Assembly: GCA_963719085.1 (NCBI GenBank)
Contig: CAVRAL010000004.1
Location: 704,001-768,000 of the forward strand
Length of the DNA stretch: 64,000 nucleotides
Source: a candidate division FCPU426 bacterium
GTDB lineage: Bacteria; Oederibacteriota; Muellerivitia; Muellerivitales; Muellerivitaceae
Direction of reading: 5' to 3'
A model generated the notes under the pieces. That model was not told the DNA's origin. It saw nothing but the letters and a program-made list of their open reading frames with translations, and made no database searches. The position numbers and the translations under genes are program-made. Shown piece after piece: positions 1-9,745 of the stretch (positions are counted from its first letter, which is position 1; every line of letters starts with the position of its first letter).

Positions 1-76
1 TATCGTTGAGGTCGGTGAAAAGGGGGGCGTGCCGGCTGCGCGCGAAACGATCGGCGACCCACTGGATGGCGTTCAT
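1..76 (-). CDS. 5' end of next gene of the glycan/ACP operon (runs off window); possibly an AMP-dependent acyl-activating enzyme
   Basis: ATG at 76 overlaps the ACP stop (ATGA); open frame MNAIQWVADRFARSRHAPLFTDLND to the edge; product guessed from context only. Confidence 0.45.
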   Translation of the reverse strand, partial: MNAIQWVADRFARSRHAPLFTDLND

Positions 77-315
77 TTCTTTATCTTTTTGTCGATGATC
101 CCGGCGAAGTCGTCAATGGTGCTGAAAGCGTTTTGGCGTAAATCGTGATCGTTAAAAGCGATCGAGAAATGTTTCTCGGTTTCCTCGACGAGCTCAATGA
201 TTCCAAAGGAGTCGATGAGCCCATCGTCATAAAGCCTTGAGTCGGCCTTAATCGCCAAGCCCGGATTGCGCTTTTGAAGCCATCGAACCAGCCAACGCTT
301 CGTTTCGTTTTCCAT
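73..315 (-). CDS. Acyl/aminoacyl carrier protein (DltC-like)
   Basis: 80 aa, GLIDSFGIIELV phosphopantetheine-Ser motif, FSTIDDF C-terminal ACP pattern. Confidence 0.85.
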   Translation of the reverse strand: MENETKRWLVRWLQKRNPGLAIKADSRLYDDGLIDSFGIIELVEETEKHFSIAFNDHDLRQNAFSTIDDFAGIIDKKIKK

Positions 316-318
316 CGT

Positions 319-1491
319 TCAAATAAAGAAATCGAAATCGTCGACCAAATCGGTCGGCATTTGCCCCTTGATCATTTCTTCCAGGGCCAAATTCGAGTCA
401 TTGCGGATACAGTGCATTCGGCAATCCACCGAAGGATTGAGTTTTTCCATCACGCCGGCCCGGCTTTTTCCCGCCCACATGTCTTGGAAGGAAGAGTCCA
501 TCACATCACCGATTTTTTTATCGGCTCTTCCCCTGAAATAAGGGCAGACATAAACGCCCGAGGGGGTCACCAAGGTGCGCAGTTGAGAAACGGCGCAGCG
601 CGTGTAGCTTTTGGGTTCCACGTTCGGCTCTCCATTCAAAACCGCTTTCAGCTTGAGCGCCTGTAGGATCCGAAATTTTCCGTCCTCCAGCTCGAGGGCC
701 TTGGTGATAAGCGTTTTGGCCTCTTCGACAAATTCCTGTTTTTGACCGATGGAATAGTGATTAATGTCATACATGGGTTTAATCTCAAAATAATCACAAC
801 CGATCTCCTTGGCTAATTGGGCCGCGATGTAAACCTCGGAGATGTTTGAAAAGGGGGTTTGCGGGACTGGATTGGAGGGGTCAAATTTGCCTTCGGAATA
901 AATCATGAAGGAATAGCCCAGCTTGCCCTTCTTGGCGGCTGCCAGAGCCCTCATGTTCTTGACCGCCCGGTCGAATTCGGATTTATTGGCGTGATTGGGC
1001 CGGATCCGCCTAAAGGTTTCCGAAGTTCCGGCGTCCATCGACACCCGGGTCCAATCCATATAGGGAGCGATAACATCCAAATGTTTATCGATCAAAAGGC
1101 CGTTCGTCGTCAGGCCCAGTTTCACGTTATTTTTCCCGAAATATTCGATCACCCAGCCGATTTCAGAATGGGCCAAAGGTTCCCCGCCGCCGATCAGGAC
1201 GACCGCCTTGACGCCCGCATCCACCATCTCACGGACTAAGTCCCGGACGCGGTCTTTTGAAAAGGACTTTTGGTTCAGTAAGTCGCGGCTGATGCAGTCC
1301 GGGCAGGCCAAGTTACAGGCGGTGGTAGGGTCAAATTCGACGACCCAGGGCGCCTCCGACCCTTTTTTCCAGTCAATATCCCGTAAATGCTTCACGATGG
1401 AACGCTGGTGGAGCTTGTACTTTAGGTTCAGTTGATGCGCCGAGAAGGCCGGAGACGCTTCCGTATGGCTTGGTGTGTTTTCGTGGGGCAT
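319..1491 (-). CDS. Radical SAM enzyme with C-terminal SPASM/twitch-like domain
   Basis: CNLACPDC (CxxxCxxC), GGGEP, TTNG; C-terminal Cys set (C..VYVCPY..IGDV..CRMHC). Confidence 0.9.
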   Translation of the reverse strand: MPHENTPSHTEASPAFSAHQLNLKYKLHQRSIVKHLRDIDWKKGSEAPWVVEFDPTTACNLACPDCISRDLLNQKSFSKDRVRDLVREMVDAGVKAVVLIGGGEPLAHSEIGWVIEYFGKNNVKLGLTTNGLLIDKHLDVIAPYMDWTRVSMDAGTSETFRRIRPNHANKSEFDRAVKNMRALAAAKKGKLGYSFMIYSEGKFDPSNPVPQTPFSNISEVYIAAQLAKEIGCDYFEIKPMYDINHYSIGQKQEFVEEAKTLITKALELEDGKFRILQALKLKAVLNGEPNVEPKSYTRCAVSQLRTLVTPSGVYVCPYFRGRADKKIGDVMDSSFQDMWAGKSRAGVMEKLNPSVDCRMHCIRNDSNLALEEMIKGQMPTDLVDDFDFFI

Positions 1492-1492
1492 T

Positions 1493-2431
1493 TCAGGAAT
1501 TCCTGTGGATCTGTTTTATAACAGTATAGGGCCGTTCGGTCACTTCCTCTAAAACTTTCTTAAGGTAAAGACCGATCACCCCCAGGGATAGCATGAGAAT
1601 GCCCCCCACCGCCCAAATCGACGCGATTAGGCTTGTCCAGCCGGGGGAAATCGACCTTACCCACCATTCATAAAGGACCCAAGTAAAAATACACGCGGAG
1701 AGCAAAAACACGCAGAGTCCGCACCAAAAAATCAAGGAAAGCGGCGCGGTCGAGAATGAAACCATTGAATTGATCACCAGCTGAAGTTTCCGGCGCAGGG
1801 TATAAGTCGTCTGTGAGTGACTTACTTTCGTCACAAGATAAGGGACTTGTCGGAACCCCACTTGTTCGTACAGCCCCCCCAAAAATAACGCCCGGTCTCG
1901 GTGCGCCAGCAGGGCGTTGACGTAGCGCCTGGTCATCAGCCTGGCGGTAACGTGGTTTTCAGGCATTTTGATTTGCGCGAAAAAATTAAAGACTTTATAA
2001 AAAAGCGCTCCCCCAAGACGTTCCAAAAAACCGCCTTTTCTGGTTTTCTGTACGCCATAGACAACGTCGATATCAGAATGAGCTTTCAATTCTTTATGGA
2101 AGTCGACCACCCATTCGGGCCCCTCTTCCAGATCCACTTCGATCAAAAAAACATAATCGCCCTTTGTCTGGTCCATGCCGGTCATCATGGCCTTGTGTTG
2201 GCCGAAATTTTTAGACAGGTCGATAATCACGATATGGGGGTTCTTCTGTTGGACCCTCACGGCCTTTTCAAGGGCATCGTCCGGAGAGCCGTCGTTCACC
2301 AAGATAATTTCATACCGATTGGTTATTTTTTTCGCGGCCCCGGCCATCCGGCGGCAGAACTCATCAATGTAGGGACCCGAGTGATAAAGCGATGTCACCA
2401 CGGAAAGAATGGGCTTTCGGGAAGGGATCAT
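1493..2431 (-). CDS. GT2 polyprenyl-phosphate glycosyltransferase (GtrB/ArnC-like)
   Basis: VNDGSPD, KNFGQHKA, two C-terminal TM helices, ERPYTV tail. Confidence 0.9.
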   Translation of the reverse strand: MIPSRKPILSVVTSLYHSGPYIDEFCRRMAGAAKKITNRYEIILVNDGSPDDALEKAVRVQQKNPHIVIIDLSKNFGQHKAMMTGMDQTKGDYVFLIEVDLEEGPEWVVDFHKELKAHSDIDVVYGVQKTRKGGFLERLGGALFYKVFNFFAQIKMPENHVTARLMTRRYVNALLAHRDRALFLGGLYEQVGFRQVPYLVTKVSHSQTTYTLRRKLQLVINSMVSFSTAPLSLIFWCGLCVFLLSACIFTWVLYEWWVRSISPGWTSLIASIWAVGGILMLSLGVIGLYLKKVLEEVTERPYTVIKQIHRNS

Positions 2432-2940
2432 CGGGATGGAGCCGTTCGTGTGGACAGGGTAATGAGCCCCATCCCCCGATTGACGATAATTGATCCCGCC
2501 TTGATGGATCCGTTGACCACGCTATTGCAGCCTAGGCTGACCTGTTTCCCAATTTTAGATCCCGGCATGAGGGTCGACCCCGAACCAACAATACTATGGT
2601 CTCCAATAGAAACATTTCCGGTCAATTTTAAATTTTCCCCAAGGGTTTGTTTTGAATAATCGGCGGATTTCGTAAAAACACTGACGTGGGTGGAAAGGCC
2701 TGAATGGGGGCCCATCCGAATGGTCCCGCCCGTGCCGCCTAAAAAACAAAAGGGGGAAATGTGAATGTTCCGCCCCAAAATAACGCGGCCGGTCAAGATA
2801 CTATAAGCGTCAATCCGGGCTCCCGAGCCCAATTCGCCCTTAATTGAGAAAAACCGCGCGTCCCTGGAAACGAGGACGCCTTTCCCAACGAACTTGAAAC
2901 CCAAATCCAAAAGCTCTTCCCTGCTATAAGTATCGAACAT
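2428..2940 (-). CDS. Hexapeptide-repeat acyltransferase (VioB/WbbJ-like sugar acyltransferase)
   Basis: Left-handed beta-helix repeats, LGFKFVG N-terminus; ATGA overlap with GT2; GGAG RBS. Confidence 0.8.
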   Translation of the reverse strand: MFDTYSREELLDLGFKFVGKGVLVSRDARFFSIKGELGSGARIDAYSILTGRVILGRNIHISPFCFLGGTGGTIRMGPHSGLSTHVSVFTKSADYSKQTLGENLKLTGNVSIGDHSIVGSGSTLMPGSKIGKQVSLGCNSVVNGSIKAGSIIVNRGMGLITLSTRTAPSR

Positions 2941-3096
2941 GAATCTCCGTTGATTGAGGATGCATAGGGACCTCTTTTTTGATTTCTCGTTGGTCCTCGA
3001 TTGGTAATTGGTTTAAATTATAACATGCTTCCGAAAGATCCCAAACAGAGGCGCTGAACCTCATTTCAAAAACGGGCGGATGGCGGCGTTTATTTT

Positions 3097-5178
3097 TTGT
3101 GGCCCCAAGCGGGTAACCTGGGTTTTCAAAGGGAGAACGGGATTATTTTGAAAAAGCCATCCCTGGGAAATGAGGAAAAAAAACTTCTCAAAACCCATCA
3201 CTATTTGATCCTTTTCCTTTCCTCAAATTTAATTTTAGACTACCTTCCCGTTTCAATCGCCGCGAAACTCTGGGTCTTGCTATTAGGGGTCTTGCTTCCT
3301 TTAGGCATCGGCCTATTTCAAAACCAATTTCGAGCCGCTTCCCGAATTCCCCTGGGCTCCGGGGAAATTTTTCCCGCTCCGTCTCGATGGGTTTGGTGGA
3401 TCCCCTGCCTTTTGGCCGTTTTAGTCCGCCTGGCCAATCTCGGAGGGGCTTGGGGCTGGCCCTCGGGCGACCAGTCCCTCACAGGGATGATCGCCGTGGA
3501 GCTAACCCAAAAATGGAATTGGAATCTCTTTCAAACTTTCGGCCAAATCCCGACTTTTTACAGCCGCTTCGTCTACGGACTGCTTCAAGTCACCCATCTT
3601 CCTCTTTTTAGTCTTTATTTCCCCAACGCCCTTTTTTCGATCCTGGCCTTAGGGATCGGCTGGAAAGCCGCGAGGCAATATTTTTCAACCTCGTTTAGCC
3701 TCTTATTAATTTTTTTATTTTTCTTCGACGCTCTTTCCTTACGGTTCAACCGATTGGCCTATCCCATCGGGCCTTTGATGCTTTGGGAGCTGGCCGTTCT
3801 TTATTCCTTGGGACGCTTATTGAAAACGGGCAAAACCGCCTCCCCGGTCCAAGCTTTCCTTTTGGGGGCCCTTTGTGGCTGCGGGCCCTACATGGGCCCC
3901 CAATGGCCGGTTTTATGGCTGTGGGTGTTGGGAGTTTTGGCGCTCACCAAAAAGAAAATCCCGCTTCGGGCCTGGCTCGCTTTAGGCCTATCCACTGTCC
4001 TTTTTCTTTCGCCTTTTATCTTCTCGATTCTCGGAAATACCTTCGGTGGTCATATCTCAAAAATCGCCGTCTGGAGCGGTTTTATCTCTTGGGCGGACCA
4101 ATGGCGGACCTGGGCGGCATACCTCCAAATACTTTTGGGCCCCGGATGCGGGGATTCTTATACTCCAAGTTCCCAGGGTTTTTACAACTTTATCCTTGTG
4201 GCTTTTTTTTATGTGGGCCTGCTGGAGGGTCTTCGTTGGATCCGCTTCCCCCTGATCTGGGCCATTGGGTTTGGGTTCTTTCTTGCGATGCTTCCAGGGC
4301 TTCTAACGATCAATGCGGAAGGCTTCCGGATGGCCCTGGTCGTTCCTTTTTTTATGGTATTCACCGGGTGGGGGATCCAAGCTTTTTTGGCCGAGTTTCC
4401 CAAGACCCAAAGGATTCGAGTTCTTTTTTTAGTTCTGGGTCTTTCGGCGCTTTTGAATGTGGACGATTTTTTTCAGCTTCACCAGAGACTTTTTCGGGTT
4501 CCGGGCGCCTGGATCCAAACTGAACAACAAATAAGCTATAAGCTTCTAAACCCCCTAGCGAAGGATCAAGGGCCGGGAAATGTTTTTTGGGGATGGGGTC
4601 CTGAAATCCGGGACTTTTCGCTGGCTTACGCCAGCTATCCTTTTAATGCCGCCGAAAATTCCCGATGGGATGGACAAAAAACCAGTTGGACGGCGCTGCT
4701 CACCCAATCTCACTATCTGCCCTGGCTGCAAAAAAGATTCCCACAAAGCCAATGGAATCAGATCATGATTCCAGGCAAAGGATGGGCCCCCCTTGCCATC
4801 GGCCTCTTTCCCGACCTTCCCGGCACCGAAGCCCAGATGGATCAATGGAAAGCCTTTAATTATTGGATGCAATCTCTCGATCTAAAAATCATGGATCAGT
4901 CGAACGGTGTTTCCCGGCGCGCCATCCTGGAAGAAATGCTCGCCTTTTATCCTCACGTCCCTTCCGATCCTTATCTACAATCTTGTTTTTTCGAGAAACT
5001 GGCCTTTAATTATTCCTGTGAGCAGGCTTTTCATCCCGAAGACACGTGGGTCTGTTGGGCGAATTTTTCCGATGTGTTTCAAAACTCATTTAACCGTGGA
5101 ATCCAAGACGCGGAATTAAAAGATCAGTTTTGGAAGCTAACCCAATCCGACGCGCCCCCTGCCCAGAAAGATCCTTAG
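3097..5178 (+). CDS. Polytopic GT-C fold glycosyltransferase (GT39/ArnT/PMT-like); start uncertain
   Basis: Many TM helices, GD in first loop after RL motif, large soluble C-terminal domain. Confidence 0.6.
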   Translation: MWPQAGNLGFQRENGIILKKPSLGNEEKKLLKTHHYLILFLSSNLILDYLPVSIAAKLWVLLLGVLLPLGIGLFQNQFRAASRIPLGSGEIFPAPSRWVWWIPCLLAVLVRLANLGGAWGWPSGDQSLTGMIAVELTQKWNWNLFQTFGQIPTFYSRFVYGLLQVTHLPLFSLYFPNALFSILALGIGWKAARQYFSTSFSLLLIFLFFFDALSLRFNRLAYPIGPLMLWELAVLYSLGRLLKTGKTASPVQAFLLGALCGCGPYMGPQWPVLWLWVLGVLALTKKKIPLRAWLALGLSTVLFLSPFIFSILGNTFGGHISKIAVWSGFISWADQWRTWAAYLQILLGPGCGDSYTPSSQGFYNFILVAFFYVGLLEGLRWIRFPLIWAIGFGFFLAMLPGLLTINAEGFRMALVVPFFMVFTGWGIQAFLAEFPKTQRIRVLFLVLGLSALLNVDDFFQLHQRLFRVPGAWIQTEQQISYKLLNPLAKDQGPGNVFWGWGPEIRDFSLAYASYPFNAAENSRWDGQKTSWTALLTQSHYLPWLQKRFPQSQWNQIMIPGKGWAPLAIGLFPDLPGTEAQMDQWKAFNYWMQSLDLKIMDQSNGVSRRAILEEMLAFYPHVPSDPYLQSCFFEKLAFNYSCEQAFHPEDTWVCWANFSDVFQNSFNRGIQDAELKDQFWKLTQSDAPPAQKDP

Positions 5179-5181
5179 CCT

Positions 5182-5532
5182 ATGCCCTCGGATTTTCTCA
5201 ATAATAACCTGGCCGCCCAATGCGAAAAGCTGGCGGGGGAAATCAATAAAGTTTATCAAAGACTGGAATGGGCTTTAAAAAATGAGGTCGTTCAGCGCTT
5301 GAAACGCCAGGTCCACCAATTGGCGCAAGCGGTCAGGGCCGCGCAGGACAGTTCCAGCCCCCAGGCCACGGGCAAAAATCTTGAAAATGCCCTGGGGCTG
5401 GTTCACGAATTGGTTCCGTTGCTCGATCTCGCCTTAAGAAAAAACCTGGTCTCGCCTGAGCTAAAAAAAAGATGGGTTTCTGAATTAAACCGGCTGGGCC
5501 CCCTGTTGGAGGAATGGAACAGGAGCTGTTAA
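5182..5532 (+). CDS. Four-helix-bundle protein (23S-IVP/Avd-like fold)
   Basis: 116 aa all-helical amphipathic pattern, ALGLVHELVPLLDLA resembles the family C-terminal motif. Confidence 0.55.
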   Translation: MPSDFLNNNLAAQCEKLAGEINKVYQRLEWALKNEVVQRLKRQVHQLAQAVRAAQDSSSPQATGKNLENALGLVHELVPLLDLALRKNLVSPELKKRWVSELNRLGPLLEEWNRSC

Positions 5533-5544
5533 AAAAAACGCGGC

Positions 5545-6495
5545 TTAATCTTTGGGTTTCTCATTCAAGGCGATCCAGACCGGGGCTTTGACTTCCAATT
5601 GAAAAGTACTGTGGTCGATCTCCAATTCTTCCTTCAATAAATGCTGGGCTTGATTCAACAGGGAAACCCCGTCGCTGATTTTGCGGTCGTCCACCACCAA
5701 ATGGGCCGTTAAATAAACCTGCCCCGCCCCCACTTCCCACAAATGAACATGGTGCACCTCTTGAATCTCGGGAATTTTTTGCTTCAGCGTTTGGCTGATG
5801 GTCTCACCCGAAAGGCCGTGCGGGGTGGCCTCAAGCAGAATCCGAAGGGCCTTCCGGAAAAGCTTGATCGCGCTGGAGCCGATCAAAAGCGCGATGACAA
5901 GACTTAAGACCGGGTCCACCCAGGTCCACCCGGTTTGGGCGATGACGATGACGCCGATCAAAACCCCTAAGGACGACGCCAAGTCGCCCATCACATGCAC
6001 CCAGGCGCCTTGCAGGTTGATATCCTCGTGATCCGCCCCGTGCAAAAACCAGGCGCTGGAAGCGTTGGCCAAAAAGCCGATGCCGGCCACCAGTCCCATG
6101 GCTTTCCAATCTGGCAAGGACGGGCTGGAAAACCGCGTCCAAGCCTGCCAGCCGATGGCGGACACCATGAGAAAAAAGGTGAGCGAATTCCCCAGCGCCG
6201 CCAATACTTCCAAGCGCGCCAAGCCGAAGGTGTGGGTGCGGCTGGTGGGCCGCTCGGCCAAGATCATGGCGGTAAGGGAAATAAGAAGCGCCGCCAGGTC
6301 GGTCAACATGTGTCCGGCGTCCGATAGAAGCGCCAAGCTTCCGGAAAGCACGCCGCCCACCGCTTCCAATAAAAGGATGGCCGCCGTGATACCGACCGCC
6401 AGAACCATTTTGTTTTTGCGGTTTAATCCCCCGCCCATAGGAGCGCCATGGGAATGATCGGAATGATTATGTTCGTGAGAATGGTCGTGTTTCAT
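5545..6495 (-). CDS. czcD: Cation diffusion facilitator (CzcD/ZitB-like Zn/Co/Cd exporter)
   Basis: His-rich N-terminus, SLALLSDAGHMLTD, HVMGD, HHVHLW, HSTFQLE. Confidence 0.92.
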   Translation of the reverse strand: MKHDHSHEHNHSDHSHGAPMGGGLNRKNKMVLAVGITAAILLLEAVGGVLSGSLALLSDAGHMLTDLAALLISLTAMILAERPTSRTHTFGLARLEVLAALGNSLTFFLMVSAIGWQAWTRFSSPSLPDWKAMGLVAGIGFLANASSAWFLHGADHEDINLQGAWVHVMGDLASSLGVLIGVIVIAQTGWTWVDPVLSLVIALLIGSSAIKLFRKALRILLEATPHGLSGETISQTLKQKIPEIQEVHHVHLWEVGAGQVYLTAHLVVDDRKISDGVSLLNQAQHLLKEELEIDHSTFQLEVKAPVWIALNEKPKD

Positions 6496-6499
6496 GGGT

Positions 6500-9400
6500 T
6501 TATTTTATCCTGGTCCAGGCCTGCGGGCCATCCTGCCGCAGAAAATAAAGTCCGGCTTCCTTGACTGAAAACCCCGTGGCTTTTTTCAACAGCCTGGCGT
6601 AAAGGTCGATTTGTTTGCCATAGGCCTCCCGTTGGACCCCGGGGTCCCGGTCGGTTTTGTAATCCACGATAACCCAGCCTTCGGGCTCGAAAAAAACCAA
6701 GTCCATCGTGGCCTTGATGAAAATTCCGTTTTCCTGCTTTTGGGTCAGGGGCAATTCTTTAAAAAGAGTCGGGGATTGGCGGGCGCGCTGAAGCAAAGGA
6801 TGTTTTAGCGCGCGGGTAGCCAGCTGAGCCGCTTCCAGCGCCTGCTTCGGGTCCAATCCTTCCCGAGGCGCCCAGGCCAAGGCCGCCTTTTCCATTTGCG
6901 CCGCGCCCCAATCCCAGCCTTTTTCCAAAAGTTTATGGGTCAATACGCCAAGCGACTTGGCGTTCCCGGCGGAGGAATAATCCGGTTCCTCTTGCTCCTC
7001 CGTCACTTCCCAGGATTCTCCGGAACTTTTCTCATCCGCCACATGGGCCAACTCGGTTACGGTTTGGAATAAACCGGCGATCGGCCTCAACGCCTTTGCC
7101 CGAAAAGCCCTTCGGCTAGTTTCAAAAAATCGCGCGCTTTCCAAAACTTCCGTCGATTCTTTCTCTCTTTCATTTAAGTCCACCACAAGAGCCGACGGAT
7201 CTTGCAGTTCGATCGATTCCGAAGGCGTTTCGAAAACCGCGAAGGCTTTCCACGTCTCCCCGCGCTTCAATGGATCCAGGAAGCTTTCTTCCTCTCCATC
7301 CGTCAGGGGCAAAAGCAGCCCGTCCCGGGCCCGGGTACAGCCCACATAAAGCAGCCGCAGTTTTTCGGCTTCCTCTTGGGCCTCTTCTTCCTCGGCCGCC
7401 GCCTGATAGCCTAAGGTCTGCAATCCCAATTTCTGCTCGCCTGCCTTAAAGTGAAAGTTTCCCTGGCGCCGGTTCAAGAGGGGCGGTTTTTCCCTGGCAC
7501 CTTGCGAGGCGATTCCGGAAAGAATCACCAAAGGAAATTCCAGCCCCTTGGCCTTGTGCAAGGTCATTAAAGTGATGCGGTCACCGGCGGATTCGGGCCC
7601 GGGGGCTTCCCCTTCCATCGTTTCCTCGTTTTGTTGTTCCCTAAGCCACCGGGTAAAGGCCCCCGCGCTGAAATTTTGCGACGTTTCCAAATCCCGGGCT
7701 TGATCCACCACTTTTAAAAGATTAGCGACCCGCTGCTCGCCATGGGGCTGGGCCGCCACCAGGGGAATCAAGCTGGTGCGGTCGTAAAGGAGCCTTAATA
7801 CCTCTGAAGGCGCCAGGTCCCGGGTGTCCTGATACAAGCTCCGCAATAAACGGAAGGCCTCCTGGAAAGGTTTTTTTCCCGGGGTCAGGTATTGAAACTG
7901 TCCGCCTTCGGATCGGTAAAACAAAAGCTCCTCGTCGGTAAAACCAAAAAGAAAACTTCTTAAAAGCGCCACCAAGGACGCCTCGTCCGCGGGCGAGGCC
8001 AGGGCTGATAAAAGGGTTTGGAGCGCCGCGATTTCGGGCCGGTTGAAAAAGCGCTTCCCGCCCACCATTTGATAAGGAAGCGCCCGCTTGCGGAAGGCTT
8101 CCTCATAAGCAGTTTCCGAATTGGAAAGTTCCCTAAAAAGAATGGCCACGTCTCCGGGTCTTAAAGGACGGATGGCTTTTGTTTTGGAATCCTCGATTAA
8201 AAAGCCCCGGGGAAACAGGGTTTCTTTTAAAAAGGCCGCCACCGATTCGGCTTCCAAGCGGCGTTTCTGGGCCGCCGTGGCCTCCTCGGGAAAGGGATCC
8301 AGTTGAAGCTTCAAAAGCGGCGGAAGGTTTGGCTCGTGAGGGGCCAAGACACGATGGGCTTTTTGCGGCACGTAAGTCATGCCCCCTTGGGAAAGCAAAA
8401 CGTTGAATTTCTCGTTCACCCAATCCACCACCGGCTCCAGGGTGCGGAAATTTTGGGTCAGATCCTCGACCTGCCCCCCGGAAGCCTTAAGCTTTTGTTT
8501 GGCCTCCTCATAAATCTCAATATCCGCCCGCCGAAACCGGTAAATGCTTTGCTTGGGGTCCCCCACCAAAAAAAGCTTGCCCGCTTCCAGCTGGACGTCC
8601 TGCCACTTTTTAGCCCGGCCGCCTTCTTTTTCGCACAAGAAAAAAACCACTTCCACCTGGAGGGGATCCGTATCTTGAAACTCATCCACAAAAATTCGGT
8701 CAAACCGGCCTTTCAGTTCTTCGCGCAGCTCTCCCGGCATCCGCAACAGATCGCGGGTTTTAGACAATAGATCATCGAAGTCCAGAAATCCCTGGCGGTT
8801 CTTTTTTTCGGCGTAGTCGCCCAAATAGGCCCAAAGCCAATCCGCCAGCCGCCACAGGGCGCGGTCTTTCACTTGGGCGGCGAAAAGCTGATGGGCTTCC
8901 CCAACTTGGGCCGCTTCGTTTCGGGCTTTGGTCAGTACCTTTTCATCCCAATTTCCCTTCGTTCCAGCTTTGGGCTTGGGCAATTCCAACAAGCTTAAGC
9001 GCGCCCGGTCTTCGGATAAGGATGAATCGGCCAAAGCTTCCCATTGCTTTTTGAAGTAAACCAGCTGTTCAAAAAACTTATCTTCTGGATTTTTACAAGC
9101 CGTGAGAACCCCTGGAATCAACCGCGCGAATTTTTTAAGCTCCGTGATCAATGGAGCGGCCGAAGGCTCCTCGGGCACGGGGGGACGCGCGGCCAGGGCC
9201 CTGTGGCGCAAAAGAAAGTTTTTTACCCTTTCGACTTGAGACAAGCTTCCGCCCAGATTAAGAAAAAAAATCAAGCTTTCCACCGGATTCAGCAGGGCGT
9301 TTTTAAGCCAATCGTCCCAGGTTTGCGCCTCGAAAGCGTCGGTTTGGACCTGATCAAGCACTTTAAATTGGGGGTCAATCCCCGCCTCAATGGGGTATTC

Positions 9401-9745
9401 CCGCAGGATTGAGGAACAAAAAGAATGGATGGTGGAAACCGGCGCCTGCTCCAAATCTTTTAAAGCCCGCAAAACCAGTTTTTTTCGCTTCAAGCTTTCC
9501 GCCGGATCGCCTTCGGCCAGCGCTTTTTCCAATTTTTGCCGCAGACGCTCCACCAATTCGCCCGCGGCCTTATCCGTAAAAGTGATGGCCGCCACCCGGG
9601 AAAGGGGAATTTCGGCTTGGAGCAAAACCGCGGCCAGCCGGTCAATCAGAAGGGTGGTTTTCCCCGTGCCCGCTCCCGCGTCCACCGCGAAGGAGGTGCC
9701 CAGTTGTTCCACAATCCGTTGGCGCGCCGCTTGATCGGAGATCAT
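6500..9745 (-). CDS. addA: AddA-type UvrD helicase-nuclease
   Basis: AGAGTGKTT, AITFT, DEFQD, VGDPKQSIYRFR, TLHKAKGLEF, C-terminal VDYKTD; start moved to ATG 9745 (ATGA overlap with addB stop). Confidence 0.9.
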   Translation of the reverse strand: MISDQAARQRIVEQLGTSFAVDAGAGTGKTTLLIDRLAAVLLQAEIPLSRVAAITFTDKAAGELVERLRQKLEKALAEGDPAESLKRKKLVLRALKDLEQAPVSTIHSFCSSILREYPIEAGIDPQFKVLDQVQTDAFEAQTWDDWLKNALLNPVESLIFFLNLGGSLSQVERVKNFLLRHRALAARPPVPEEPSAAPLITELKKFARLIPGVLTACKNPEDKFFEQLVYFKKQWEALADSSLSEDRARLSLLELPKPKAGTKGNWDEKVLTKARNEAAQVGEAHQLFAAQVKDRALWRLADWLWAYLGDYAEKKNRQGFLDFDDLLSKTRDLLRMPGELREELKGRFDRIFVDEFQDTDPLQVEVVFFLCEKEGGRAKKWQDVQLEAGKLFLVGDPKQSIYRFRRADIEIYEEAKQKLKASGGQVEDLTQNFRTLEPVVDWVNEKFNVLLSQGGMTYVPQKAHRVLAPHEPNLPPLLKLQLDPFPEEATAAQKRRLEAESVAAFLKETLFPRGFLIEDSKTKAIRPLRPGDVAILFRELSNSETAYEEAFRKRALPYQMVGGKRFFNRPEIAALQTLLSALASPADEASLVALLRSFLFGFTDEELLFYRSEGGQFQYLTPGKKPFQEAFRLLRSLYQDTRDLAPSEVLRLLYDRTSLIPLVAAQPHGEQRVANLLKVVDQARDLETSQNFSAGAFTRWLREQQNEETMEGEAPGPESAGDRITLMTLHKAKGLEFPLVILSGIASQGAREKPPLLNRRQGNFHFKAGEQKLGLQTLGYQAAAEEEEAQEEAEKLRLLYVGCTRARDGLLLPLTDGEEESFLDPLKRGETWKAFAVFETPSESIELQDPSALVVDLNEREKESTEVLESARFFETSRRAFRAKALRPIAGLFQTVTELAHVADEKSSGESWEVTEEQEEPDYSSAGNAKSLGVLTHKLLEKGWDWGAAQMEKAALAWAPREGLDPKQALEAAQLATRALKHPLLQRARQSPTLFKELPLTQKQENGIFIKATMDLVFFEPEGWVIVDYKTDRDPGVQREAYGKQIDLYARLLKKATGFSVKEAGLYFLRQDGPQAWTRIK

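Noticed and set aside
5182..5532. Avd-like gene as part of a diversity-generating retroelement
   Set aside because: No reverse transcriptase and no TR/VR repeat pair seen in the window
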